This document shows, piece by piece, positions 8,080-18,000 of a stretch of 64,000 nt of DNA. The stretch comes from an uncultured Actinomycetes bacterium (GTDB lineage: Bacteria > Actinomycetota > Thermoleophilia > Gaiellales > Gaiellaceae): assembly GCA_963709265.1 (NCBI GenBank), contig CAVPVN010000002.1:171756-235755 (forward strand). Reading direction: 5' to 3'. Under the pieces are notes generated by a model. The model was given only the letters and a program-made list of their open reading frames with translations. It was not told the origin of the DNA and searched no databases. A program made the position numbers and the translations under genes. Position 1 is the stretch's first letter. Each line of letters begins with the position of its first letter.

Positions 8080-9154
8080 CGTACCGGTCCGCGTCCTCGG
8101 TCTCGACCGCTTCCTCCTCCTCGTCGGTGAGCTCGTCGAGGACGTCCTCGGCCGATGTCTCCTCCTCGTCCTCCATTCGCTTGAGGGCCGCGAACGACAG
8201 GCCTTCGCGGGCGAGCATGACCAGCCCGACGCCGACGCCGACGGACATCTCCACCGCCTGGAGCACGAGGCCGAACGCGAACCCCGTCCCGTAGGCGACG
8301 CCGTACTGCACGAGCGGCAGCGCGACCGCCGCCTGCAGCAGCCCGACGTTCCCGGGCCAGAGCGGGAAGATCGTGGCGATGTTCATCAGCACGAGGACGA
8401 GCGCGGCGGCGGGCAACGGGACGTCGAGCGCGAACGCGGCGGTCACCGCCCACACCGCGAGGAGCTGGAGCGTCCACCCGATCGTCTGGAAGACGATCGC
8501 GAGGAGGGCCGCGCCCGGCGCGCGGAGCACCGCCAGGCCCTGCCGCGCCATGGCGAGGAGCCGCCGCGCGGTGCGTTGGCCGTGAGGCGTCGTGCCGTGC
8601 GCGCGGCGGGCGGTGAGCACGCCGATGGCGAGGAGGCCGAGCCCGACCAGGCCGAGGATCACGACGCCTGTCACCGCCCAGTGAGGCAGCTTGGCGGTCG
8701 CCATCACGTAGGCGACGAGCAGCGCGATCGGGAACAGGTCGAACAGCCGGTGCGAGAAGACCGTCCCGAGGAGCGTCGCGCTGGTGCCCTTGCCGTGGGG
8801 GAGGTGGGGCCGGAGCACGGCGACGCGCGCGAGCTCGCCCGCGCGGGCGGGGAGCACGGCGTTGCCGAGCAGGCCGATGCCGAACGCCGAGAACACCTGG
8901 CCGAACGTGGGCTGCGGCGGCGGCATGGCCTGGTCGATCGTCAGCCGCCAGGCCCAGGAGCGCGCGAGCACGGAGAGCAGGTTGAGGAGCCCCGCCACCG
9001 CGACCCAGCGCCAGCTGACGAAGTCGAACGCGTGGTAGACGGTGTTCCAGTCGGGCCCGCGCCACCAGATGGCGAGGATCGCGAGCACGAGCGTCGCCAG
9101 CACGAAGAGCCCGCGCGCCCACGGGTTCCGCGCGAGCGCGGCGAGCCTGGTCAC
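8054..9154 (-). CDS. lysylphosphatidylglycerol-synthase-TM-like (UPF0104, flippase-like) membrane protein
   Basis: Polytopic membrane protein (RWVAVAGLLNLLSVLARSWAWRL, LPARAGELARV) with an acidic C-terminal tail. The GTG start overlaps the stop of the upstream GT4 gene (GTGA). Confidence 0.75.
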   Translation of the reverse strand: MTRLAALARNPWARGLFVLATLVLAILAIWWRGPDWNTVYHAFDFVSWRWVAVAGLLNLLSVLARSWAWRLTIDQAMPPPQPTFGQVFSAFGIGLLGNAVLPARAGELARVAVLRPHLPHGKGTSATLLGTVFSHRLFDLFPIALLVAYVMATAKLPHWAVTGVVILGLVGLGLLAIGVLTARRAHGTTPHGQRTARRLLAMARQGLAVLRAPGAALLAIVFQTIGWTLQLLAVWAVTAAFALDVPLPAAALVLVLMNIATIFPLWPGNVGLLQAAVALPLVQYGVAYGTGFAFGLVLQAVEMSVGVGVGLVMLAREGLSFAALKRMEDEEETSAEDVLDELTDEEEEAVETEDADRYVTPARSRR

Positions 9155-10302
9155 GCCGCGACGCTCTCCGCCGCCGACGCGGGCCGGACGACGACGCGCG
9201 CGTAGATCTCCTCGAGACGCCGCGCGATGTCCGGCCACGCGAAGTGCTCCTCGGCGCGCGTCCGCGCCGCCGCTCCCATGGCCGCCCGCCGCGGCTCGTC
9301 CACGAGCAGGCTCTCGACGGCCGCGACGAGCGCGTCGCCGTCGCCGGGCCGGACGGAGAGCGCCGTCTCCGGCGTGACGACCTCGCGGTAGCCATCGATG
9401 TCGGACGCGACGACCGGGGTCGCGCAAGCGAACGCCCGCGTCAGCACCATGCCGAAGCTCTCGCCGCCGAGCGACGGCGCGAGGAGCGCCTTGGTCGAGC
9501 GCAGCAGGTCGGTGAGCGCGTCCTGCGAGAGGAAGCCGACCACATCGATGCCGGTGTCGGGCACTCCGAGGCGGGTGAGGAGGAGGCGCACGGCGAGGGG
9601 GTCGGCGCCGGCGACGACGAGCCGCGCCCCGGTGCGACGGTGCAGCTCGGGCCAGGCGCGCAGCAGCACGTGGAGTCCCTTGCGCGGCTCGTGCCGACCG
9701 GCGAAGACGACGGTGTGGTCGCGCCCGGTGGGGGAGGCGTCGGGTGGGATCAGGACACCGTTGGGCACGACCTCCCACGGCCCGCCGAGCCACCGGTCGG
9801 CCGAGTCTCGCGCACGCTCGGAGACGGCGATCCGCTGGTCGACGCGGTCCATCAGGAACCCCCAGCCCGGCATCCCGAGCCGCATCCAGCCGAGATCTCC
9901 CGACGCGTGGTGCGTCGCGACGATCGGCTCGGTCGCGAGCGCGAGGACGGCCACGCAGATTGCGGGCGTCATCGGCTCGTGGAGGTGGAGCACGTCGAAC
10001 CGCTCGCGCTCGAGCACGCGCCGGATGCGGAAGAACGACCGCGGGCTGAGAACGATGTTCGGCAGCGAGCCGTTCGCCGGCACGATCACCGACCGCCCGA
10101 CCGGGATCACGTTCGCGGGCGCGTGCCCGTGCCGCCCGACGCGAGGGTGGAGCGCACGCGTGAACTGGCCCGGAGGATCGTTGCCCATCACGAGCCTCAC
10201 CTCGTGCCCGCGCGCCTCCAGCGCCGCGGCCTGGAGCTCCGCATGCTCGACGACCGCCCCCCAGAACGACCACGAGAACGGCACGACGATGCCGATCTTC
10301 AC
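9151..10302 (-). CDS. GT4 family glycosyltransferase (PimA-like)
   Basis: MKIGIVVPFSW..., and a GT-B C-terminal motif LAPSLGGESFGMVLTRAFACATPVVASDIDGYREVV (E-x7-E type). Confidence 0.85.
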   Translation of the reverse strand: MKIGIVVPFSWSFWGAVVEHAELQAAALEARGHEVRLVMGNDPPGQFTRALHPRVGRHGHAPANVIPVGRSVIVPANGSLPNIVLSPRSFFRIRRVLERERFDVLHLHEPMTPAICVAVLALATEPIVATHHASGDLGWMRLGMPGWGFLMDRVDQRIAVSERARDSADRWLGGPWEVVPNGVLIPPDASPTGRDHTVVFAGRHEPRKGLHVLLRAWPELHRRTGARLVVAGADPLAVRLLLTRLGVPDTGIDVVGFLSQDALTDLLRSTKALLAPSLGGESFGMVLTRAFACATPVVASDIDGYREVVTPETALSVRPGDGDALVAAVESLLVDEPRRAAMGAAARTRAEEHFAWPDIARRLEEIYARVVVRPASAAESVAA

Positions 10303-10488
10303 CCCGAGAGCCTATTCGAACGACGTGGGGGGAACCCATGCTTCTCCCCAACGAGCCCCTCCTTCACCGCGCAACCCGTCTCACGCGCGCAGAGCCCCAG
10401 GGCGTGCGGACCGAATCGGCGCGAGTGCGCTGAGCCGCCCTTCGGCTTGCGCCCCGGGGAAGCAGGTGGAGCCCGCCGCTCTGCGCGG

Positions 10489-11127
10489 CTAGCGAAGAGC
10501 CTGCTCGAACCGCGGGTCGTCGCGTACGGCAGCGAAATCGTCGTCCCTGCGCGCCTGCTCGCGGAAGGATGGGTGCAGCTCCACTGACCGCCGCAGGTGG
10601 GCGAACGTTTCGTCGCCGGTGTCGCCCGCGAGGGTGGCGAAGCACGCGTAGTTGTACTGGAGGCCGGGGTGGTCCGGCATGTGCTGGAGGCCCCCGCGAA
10701 CCGCTGCGACTGCGTCGGCATAGCGCTGCTCACCGTAGGCGGCCATCGAGTCTCGATGGAATCGCCACGCGTCACCCCAGTCGAGCGCCTGGTACGCCTC
10801 GCCTGGGGTGGCGCCGAGGGCGAGGACGGTTCCGTCGCCGGTCGCCTTCCGCTGCGACTCCGGGCGGACGAATACGAATGTTCCTGCGGGCGCGTCGACG
10901 GTGTCGCCGTCGATCTCGAAGGTCGCCGTCCCGTCGAGCACGATGTACAGCTCCTCCTGACCCGACCCCGACTCGGCATGGTCGCTGATCAGCGTGCCGT
11001 CCTCGCCGGGCGTGTAGGCGTTGACACCGAATGCGCGGATCCCGAAGTGCTCACGCACGGGGATGTCTCGGTCGCGCCGCTCGATCTCGTCGAGGCGCGC
11101 CACCTGCCAATTCGAATTGTCGCTCAT
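10489..11127 (-). CDS. cupin domain protein with helical C-terminal region
   Basis: Cupin-like core (HAESGSGQEELYIVLDGTATFEIDGDTVDAPAGTFVFV). ATG at 11127 chosen within ORF 10489..11430. Confidence 0.65.
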   Translation of the reverse strand: MSDNSNWQVARLDEIERRDRDIPVREHFGIRAFGVNAYTPGEDGTLISDHAESGSGQEELYIVLDGTATFEIDGDTVDAPAGTFVFVRPESQRKATGDGTVLALGATPGEAYQALDWGDAWRFHRDSMAAYGEQRYADAVAAVRGGLQHMPDHPGLQYNYACFATLAGDTGDETFAHLRRSVELHPSFREQARRDDDFAAVRDDPRFEQALR

Positions 11128-11293
11128 CCAGCCTCCCTCGAGCGCGGGTCGCTGCGAACGGTCGATCCTACTCGCCGTCGAGCGCACCGCGCGAACTCGC
11201 GCCGGTTTCGGTCGGTGAACGGTGTTTCGTCCGCGGGCAGGTCGCGCCAGCGAGCCGCCCGGCGCAACAGGGAAGTGCGCCGACTCGATCGCT

Positions 11294-11755
11294 TCAGGTC
11301 GGCGGCTGGTCGACGAGGCGGTCCCAGGCATCTGCGAGGGCGCGCAGCTCGTGGTCGTCGAAGTGGCGCAGGAAGAGGTCGCGCACGCCGGCGAGGTGCG
11401 TCGGGCGCGCCTCGGCCAGCGCACGGGCACCGTCGGGGGTGAGGCGCGCGTAGAGCACGCGGCGGTCCTCGGGGCACGGCTCGCGGACGACGAGCCCTCG
11501 CTGCTGGAGCCGGTCCACCAGCCGCGTGACGCCGCTCTGGCTGAGGAGGACCGAGCGCGCGAGCTCGCTCATGCGCAGCCGGTGCTCGGGCGCCCCCTCG
11601 AGGTAGAGCAGCACCTCGTACTGCGTGAGCGGCAGGCCGTGCGCCGCGTCGAGCTGCCGGTCGAGCTCGCGAACCAGCCCTGCATGTGCGCGCAGGAACC
11701 CGGCCCAGGCACCGAGCTCGAGCGGGGAGAGTCGTTTGACCACAGATCCTTGCAT
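11294..11755 (-). CDS. MarR family transcriptional regulator (MhqR-like context)
   Basis: Winged-helix MarR sequence (LTQYEVLLYLEGAPEHRLRMSELARSVLLSQSGVTRLVDRLQQRGLV). Divergent from a ring-cleaving dioxygenase gene. Confidence 0.85.
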   Translation of the reverse strand: MQGSVVKRLSPLELGAWAGFLRAHAGLVRELDRQLDAAHGLPLTQYEVLLYLEGAPEHRLRMSELARSVLLSQSGVTRLVDRLQQRGLVVREPCPEDRRVLYARLTPDGARALAEARPTHLAGVRDLFLRHFDDHELRALADAWDRLVDQPPT

Positions 11756-11782
11756 ATGCAACTATTTCCTTGTTGCTACAAG
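11750..11782. promoter_or_regulatory. candidate MarR operators in the divergent marR/dioxygenase intergenic region
   Basis: Perfect 12-bp palindrome TTGCATATGCAA (11750..11761), overlapping the marR start, and imperfect CTTGT-tgct-ACAAG (11769..11782) in an AT-enriched patch. Confidence 0.35.
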
Positions 11783-11816
11783 TTTACCGCACTGCCTGTC
11801 TCCGAAAGGACTGTTC

Positions 11817-12794
11817 ATGACACCATCGAGCACGGGCGCCGTCCGCACGAGCCGCCCGGACACGACGACCATGCGCCTCGAGGGCATCCACCACGTGACC
11901 TGCATCACCGGCGACGCCCCCGGGAACGTCGACTTCTACACCCGCGTGCTCGGGCTCCGGCTCGTCAAGAAGACGGTCAACCAGGACGATCCGACGGTCT
12001 ACCACCTCTTCTATGCGGACGAGGAGGGCAGCGCCGGGGCCGATATCACGTTCTTCGAGTACCCGGGCGCCCGTCGCGGGCGAGCCGGGGCCGGGATGGT
12101 GCACACCGTCTCGTTCCGCGTCGGCTCCGAGGACGCGCTCGCCTTCTGGGACGAGCGCCTCGCCGCGGAGGGCGTCGCAGTCGCACGAGAGCCGGGCCGG
12201 CTGCGCCTCGAGGATCCCGAGGGCCTCGGCCTCGAGCTGGCCGTGTCGCCGGTCACCGACGCGCCGCTCGTCGCGCGCCACCCGGAGATCCCGGCCGAGC
12301 TGGCGTTGCAGGGCTTCGACGGAGTCCGCGCGTTCAGCGTGGACGCCGGGCGAAGCCGTCGCCTGCTCGAGGACGTGCTCGGCTTCACGCCGACCGGGAG
12401 CGCCGACTGGGAGGTGCGCGGCGCCGCGCGCGGCGGCCTCTACGGCTACGACCCTCCGCCTGCCGGTGCCGGCGTTCCCGGTGCCGGCACCGTCCACCAC
12501 GTCGCCTGGGCGTCGACGATGGAGGAGCACGAGGCCTGGCAGCGCCGCGTCGCCGAGGCCGGGATGCGCCCGACCCCGGTGATCGACCGGTTCTGGTTCC
12601 GCTCGGTCTACTTCCGTGAGCCGAGCGGCGTCCTGTTCGAGCTCGCGACGCTTGGGCCGGGCTTCGGGATCGACGAGGACCCGGCGCACCTCGGGGAGTC
12701 GCTCATCCTGCCGCCGGCGTTCGAGCATCTGCGGGACCGCGTCGAGCGCGTGCTCACGCCGCTGCCCGACCCGCGCGGCGCCTGGACGTCGTGA
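11817..12794 (+). CDS. ring-cleaving dioxygenase, glyoxalase/VOC family (MhqA/MhqE/MhqO-like)
   Basis: GIHHVTCITGDAPGNVDFYTRVLGLRLVKKTVNQDDPTVYHLFYADEEGSAGADITFFEYP closely matches this family. An alternative ATG start lies at 11871. Confidence 0.85.
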   Translation: MTPSSTGAVRTSRPDTTTMRLEGIHHVTCITGDAPGNVDFYTRVLGLRLVKKTVNQDDPTVYHLFYADEEGSAGADITFFEYPGARRGRAGAGMVHTVSFRVGSEDALAFWDERLAAEGVAVAREPGRLRLEDPEGLGLELAVSPVTDAPLVARHPEIPAELALQGFDGVRAFSVDAGRSRRLLEDVLGFTPTGSADWEVRGAARGGLYGYDPPPAGAGVPGAGTVHHVAWASTMEEHEAWQRRVAEAGMRPTPVIDRFWFRSVYFREPSGVLFELATLGPGFGIDEDPAHLGESLILPPAFEHLRDRVERVLTPLPDPRGAWTS

Positions 12795-13432
12795 CCGGCG
12801 TGTCGGCGCCGGAACTCGTCGCCCGGCGCCGCGAGAGCGCCGGTGAGCCTGCGGGCGCGCTCGTCCTGCTGCACGGCCGCGGAGCGGACGAAAACGACCT
12901 CTTCCCGCTCCTCGACCTCCTCGACCCGGAGCGTCGGCTCCTCGGTATCACGCCCGGCGGGCCCCTTCACCTCCCGCCCGGCGGACGGCACTGGTACGCG
13001 CTCGGCGGGATCCCGACGCCCGACCCGGAGACCTTCCACGCGACGGCGCCACAGCTCGCGGCATTCCTCGACGGGCTGCCGGTGCCGATGGACAGGGTCG
13101 TTCTCGGAGGCTTCTCGCAGGGCGCGGTGATGGGTTACGCGATGAGCCTTGGCCCTGGCCGCCCGAGGCCGGCAGGGCTCGTCGCCATGTCGGGCTTCCT
13201 GCCCCGGGTCGACGGCTGGCCGCTCGACCCCGCTCGCCTCGTGGGCGTCCCGGTCGCGGTCGCGCACGGCTCGCTCGACCCGGTGATCGGGGCCGGCTTC
13301 GGCCGGGAGGCGGCCGACACGCTCGCGGCTGCGGGCGTGGACGTCGTCCGGCTCGAGACCGCCGTACCGCACATGGTCGACCCGGCCTGGATCGAGCCGC
13401 TGCGCGCGCTCGTCGCCATGGCAGTGACCTAG
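12791..13432 (+). CDS. phospholipase/carboxylesterase family alpha/beta hydrolase (MhqD-like)
   Basis: LVLLHGRGADENDL and the nucleophile elbow GGFSQGA. The GTG start overlaps the dioxygenase stop. Confidence 0.8.
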   Translation: MTGVSAPELVARRRESAGEPAGALVLLHGRGADENDLFPLLDLLDPERRLLGITPGGPLHLPPGGRHWYALGGIPTPDPETFHATAPQLAAFLDGLPVPMDRVVLGGFSQGAVMGYAMSLGPGRPRPAGLVAMSGFLPRVDGWPLDPARLVGVPVAVAHGSLDPVIGAGFGREAADTLAAAGVDVVRLETAVPHMVDPAWIEPLRALVAMAVT

Positions 13433-13442
13433 ACTCGCGCGC

Positions 13443-14453
13443 ATGCTGCTCGCCGACGAGGGGCTCGCCGAGCTCCACACGCATCTCGGTGGGTCGGTCG
13501 CGTCGGACATCATGTGGAGCCTCGCCCACGAGCAGGGCATCGCGCTCCCGGTGAAGGACTACTGGGCATTCGACGCGCTCGTCACCGTCTCCGATCCGCG
13601 CGGGGTGCGGAACCTCGACGAGCTCGACGCGATCTACCACTGGACGGAGCTGATCCAGTCGTCGCCGCTCGCCGTCGAGCGGTCCGTGCACGCCGCGATC
13701 GGCGGGGCATACCGCTCACAGCGCATCACGACGCTCGAGCTGCGGTTCAACCCGATGAAGCGCAACCGCGGCGGCGAGCGCGATCTCGACCACATCATCC
13801 TCGCTGCGACGCGGGGGCTCGATGTCGCTCGGCTCGAGTATCCCCAGGTGCGCGCAGGGCTGATCCTGATGATGGACCGCACCTTCGACAGGCGGCAGAA
13901 CGAGGTCATCGTCGACAAGGCCATGCGCTGGTCGAGCCGGGGCGTCGTGGGCGTCGACATCGCCGGCCCGCGCCCAGGTGGCCTGCGCTACGACTACACG
14001 CAAGTGTCGGCGATGGTCGAGACGGCGCGGCAGGCGGGGCTCGGCATCACGATCCACGTCGGCGAGGAGGGCGCCACCGGGGCCGAGGAGATCGGCGAGG
14101 TCGTCGAGTCGCTGCGGCCCGACCGCATCGGCCACGGGATCCTCGCGGCGCGCGACCCGGGATTGATGAAGCTGATCCGGGACGCGGGCGTCACGCTCGA
14201 GATCTGCCCGACGTCCAACCTCCTCACGAAGGCGCTCGCCGACGAGGACGACGTGCGCGAGACGTTCCGGCGGTTCGCCGAGCACGACGTGCCCTTCACG
14301 ATCGCCACGGACGGCCCCGAGATGATGCGGACGCACCTGCGGGACGAGTTCGCGCTCGTCCACCGGATCGGCGCGCTCGACGAGGCCGGGCTCGCGCAGG
14401 CGAACGCACGGGGCCACGCGGCCTCGTTCGTCGGTCGCGCAGGGCGCGGCTAG
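13443..14453 (+). CDS. add: adenosine deaminase family protein
   Basis: ELHTHLGGS, ITIHVGEE, GHGI and FTIATDGPEMM metal- and substrate-binding motifs of the adenosine/AMP deaminase fold. Confidence 0.85.
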   Translation: MLLADEGLAELHTHLGGSVASDIMWSLAHEQGIALPVKDYWAFDALVTVSDPRGVRNLDELDAIYHWTELIQSSPLAVERSVHAAIGGAYRSQRITTLELRFNPMKRNRGGERDLDHIILAATRGLDVARLEYPQVRAGLILMMDRTFDRRQNEVIVDKAMRWSSRGVVGVDIAGPRPGGLRYDYTQVSAMVETARQAGLGITIHVGEEGATGAEEIGEVVESLRPDRIGHGILAARDPGLMKLIRDAGVTLEICPTSNLLTKALADEDDVRETFRRFAEHDVPFTIATDGPEMMRTHLRDEFALVHRIGALDEAGLAQANARGHAASFVGRAGRG

Positions 14454-14460
14454 TCCGCCG

Positions 14461-14700
14461 TCAGGCTGCGGAGGGCCCGGTGCCGGTGTCGCGTGCGGCG
14501 TCCGCCGCCTCGCCGGCCGCCTCGGTGGCGTCGTCCTCCGCGCCGCCGAGCTTGTCCTTCGCATCGTCGGCGACGTCCGACGTCTTGTCCCACGCGTCGC
14601 CCGCGGCATCCTGCGCCTTGTCGACCATCGGCTCCGCCTTGTCGGCGGCGTCGCCGGCGGTCTCCTTCGTCCTTCCGAGAAGCTTGTCGAGGAATCCCAT
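14461..14700 (-). CDS. MT0933/Rv0909-like small protein (79 aa)
   Basis: MGFLDKLLGRTKE...DKAEPMVDKAQDAAGDAWDKTSD..AKDKLGG resembles the actinobacterial MT0933-like 'antitoxin' family. ATG at 14700. Confidence 0.55.
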   Translation of the reverse strand: MGFLDKLLGRTKETAGDAADKAEPMVDKAQDAAGDAWDKTSDVADDAKDKLGGAEDDATEAAGEAADAARDTGTGPSAA

Positions 14701-14744
14701 GGGCGGGACCATACGCGGCGCCGGGCCGGGGGGCAACCGAAGGG

Positions 14745-14993
14745 CTACGCGCTGTCGCCCGGGCCAGTGGTGTCGCGTGTCTCCGCGTCGGCCTCGCCGT
14801 CGAGATGGAGCCGCTCGAGCAGCTCGCCGGCCTCCTCGTCGGCCTTCTCGACCGTGTCGTAGAAGCGCCCGCCCGTCGCCTGATCGAGGCGGTCCTCGAC
14901 GTCGTGCACGGCGTCGAGCGCAGCGTAGTCCGCGTCGGTCATCGCCTTGCCGGCTCTGCCGAACAGGCGGCGGATCGGATCGAGCGGGCCCAT
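14745..14993 (-). CDS. small acidic hypothetical protein (82 aa) with an MGxLD N-terminus
   Basis: MGPLDPIRRLFGRAGKA... shares its N-terminal pattern with the neighbouring 79-aa protein. ATG at 14993. Confidence 0.45.
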   Translation of the reverse strand: MGPLDPIRRLFGRAGKAMTDADYAALDAVHDVEDRLDQATGGRFYDTVEKADEEAGELLERLHLDGEADAETRDTTGPGDSA

Positions 14994-15084
14994 GGCCGGA
15001 ACGGTAGACGGTTCGGCGACGCGTGGTCGGGGAAACGAGCGGGCAAAGTTGACCGTCTCGGCACAGGTCGGGAATGCTTTGCCC

Positions 15085-18000
15085 GTGGAGCCCGGCGTCG
15101 TCGTCTGCTCGACGTGTGGTCGCGAGAGCCCTCGCGACGCCTCGTTCTGCGCAGGCTGCGGTGCGCCCCTCGCGGAGCCCGCCGGTCTCGAGGAGCGAAA
15201 GGTCGTCACGGTCCTCTTCGCGGACCTCGTCGGCTCCACGACCCGGGCCGAGCGGAGCGATCCCGAGGATGTCCGAACCACGCTGTCCGCCTACTACACG
15301 AGGCTGCGGGCCGAGCTCGAGCGCCACGGCGGCACGGTCGAGAAGTTCATCGGCGACGCCGTGATGGCGGTGTTCGGAGCGCCGGTTGCCCACGAAGACG
15401 ACCCCGAGCGTGCCGTGCGCGCCGCGCTCGCGATCCGCGACGCGATGGCCGAGTCGGACGTCGACGTGCGCGTCGCAGTCCACACCGGCGAGGCGCTCGT
15501 CTCCCGCGGAGCCCGGGTCGCGGCCGGCGAGGCGATGGTCGCCGGGGACGTGGTCAACACGGCCGCGCGCCTCCAGTCCGGCGCGCCGGTGAACGGCGTC
15601 CTCGTGGGCGAGACCACCTACCGGGCGACGGAGCACGCGATTCGGTACCGCGCGGTCGATGCCGTCGTCGCCAAGGGGAAGTCGGAGCCGGTGCCCGCAT
15701 GGGAGGCGATCGAAGCCACGGCGCGGTTCGGTGTCGACGTCGACCGCGAGGGGCTCGTCGAGCTCGTCGGCCGCGACGACGAGGTCGCGCTGTTGTCCGG
15801 CGCGCTCGACCGCGTGAGACGCGAACGCGAGCCGCAGCTCGTGACGCTCGTGGGCGTGCCGGGCATCGGCAAGAGCCGGCTGGTGACCGAGCTGTTCGCC
15901 GTCGTGGAGGCGCTGCCGGACCTGATCACGTGGCGCCAGGGCCGCTGCTTGCCCTACGGCGACGGCGTGAGCTACTGGGCGCTCGGGGAGATGGTGAAGG
16001 CCCAGGCGGGCGTGCTCGACACCGACTCATCGAACGTCGCCGAAGGCAAGCTCGCAGAAGCGGCCGGCATGCTGCTGCCGGATCCCGCAGAGGCGGAGTG
16101 GATCCTCGGCCATCTTCGCCCGCTGCTCGGCCTCGGCGGCGCCTCCGACGCGGACGACCGCCGGAGCGAGGCGTTCGCGGCGTGGCGTCGGTTCTTCGAG
16201 GCGCTCGCGGAGCAGCGCGCCGCGGTGCTCGTGTTCGAGGACCTCCACTGGGGGGACGAGGGCCTCTTGGATTTCGTCGACCACCTGGCGGAGTGGGCGA
16301 GCGGCGTCCCGCTGCTTCTCGTCGCGACCGCGCGACCCGAGCTGCTCGAGCGTCGGCCCGGCTGGGGCGGTGGGAAGGCGAACGCCGCGACGGTATCGCT
16401 CCGCCCGCTCTCCGACGCGCACACCGGACGCCTGGTCGGCCTGCTGCTCAACCGCTCGGTGATCGACGTCGACGTGCAGTCCGAGCTCCTCGCGCGCGCG
16501 GGAGGCAACCCGCTCTACGCCGAGGAGTACGTTCGCATGCTGCGCGACGACCGCTTCGCCGAGGACCGGCTCCCGGAGACGGTGCAGGGGATCATCGCGG
16601 CCCGCCTCGACGGCCTTCCCGCCGAGGAGAAGCTCCTGCTCCAGGACGCAGCGGTGATCGGCAAGGTGTTCTGGTCGGGTGCGCTCGGCTCGCTCGGCGG
16701 TCTCCCGCCCCCGACGGTGGAGGAGCGACTCCACGCGCTCGAGCGCAAGGAGTTCGTTCGCCGGGAACGGCGCGGCTCGATGGCTGGAGACGCCGAGTAC
16801 GCATTTCGGCATCTGCTGGTGCGCGACGTGGCGTACTCACAGATCCCGCGGCTCGGCCGTGCTCACAAGCACCGTCTCGCGGCCGAGTGGATCGGGTCGC
16901 TCGCGGGGGACCGGGCCGAGGACCGCTCGGAGCTCCTGGCGTACCACTACGGGACCGCCCTCGATCTCACGCGCGCGGCCGGCGAGCGCACGTCCGGCCT
17001 CGAGGAGCCCGCGCGACACGCGTTCGTGGATGCCGGCGAGCGAGCGCTCTCCCTGAGCGCGTTGCCGTCTGCGGTGCAGTTCTTCTCACGCGCGCTCGAG
17101 CTCACGCCGGAGGAACACCGCGGGTGGCCCGCCCTCGTCCTGCGCCACGCGCGGGCCGACCTCGGTGTCCGTCAGGGCGGCGAACAGCCGCTGGTGCCGC
17201 GGGCCCTGGAGCGAATGGTCGCCGAGGGAGACCTCGAGCGCGCGGCGGAGGCGGAGGTGCTCCTCGCAGAGTGCGACTGGTTCGCGGGCCGCAACGACTC
17301 GACCTTCGCGCGGCTCGGTCGCGCCCGCACGCTCGTCGCCGACGGGCCGGCATCGGCCTCGAAGGCGAAGGTCTACGCGGAGGCCTCGCGGTTCCTCATG
17401 CTCGCGAGCCGCCCGGAGGAGGCCGTCGAGGTCGGCCGTGAAGGCTTCGCGCTCGCCGAGGAGCTCGACCTGCGGGAGCTCCAGGCCCACACGCTCAACA
17501 ACATCGGCACCGCACGCGTGTCGAGTGGCGACGTCGGCGGCTTCGCGGATCTCGAGCAGTCGGCGTCCATCGCCACGTCGATCAATTCGCCCGAGGCGAT
17601 TCGGGCGCGGGGGAACCAGGCCTCGCTCGTGTCCGACCTCCTCGGCGACCTGGAACGCGGGTACGAGCTCTACGGGGAGGTCGTCGACCTGGCCACCCGG
17701 TTCGGCAGCGTCGGTTTCGTGCGGTGGTGCAGCGTCGAGCTGTCGCTGCTCGATTTCTGCGCCGGCCGCTGGGACGCGGCGCTCGGCGCCGCCGAGATGT
17801 TCCTCGGGACGCTCGACGAGGCGCACTACATGGAGCCTGTGGCCCGGGAGGTCGTGAGCGAGATCGTTGCCGCTCGGGGTGACACCGACCGTGCCGTCGC
17901 GGAGTCCGCACGGGCGGTCGTCTTCGCGAGGAGCGCAAAGGACCCGCAGGTCCTCTACCCGGCGCTCGCTTCCAACGCACGACTGCTCGCGGGGGCCCGG

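Noticed and set aside
14992-15084. ATG 14992 as the start of the cyclase-STAND gene.
   Set aside because: It would make the two divergent genes share their start codons (CCATGG), and the added residues (MAGTVDGSATRGRGNERAKL...) look non-coding. A downstream TTG or GTG start is preferred, but this remains unresolved.
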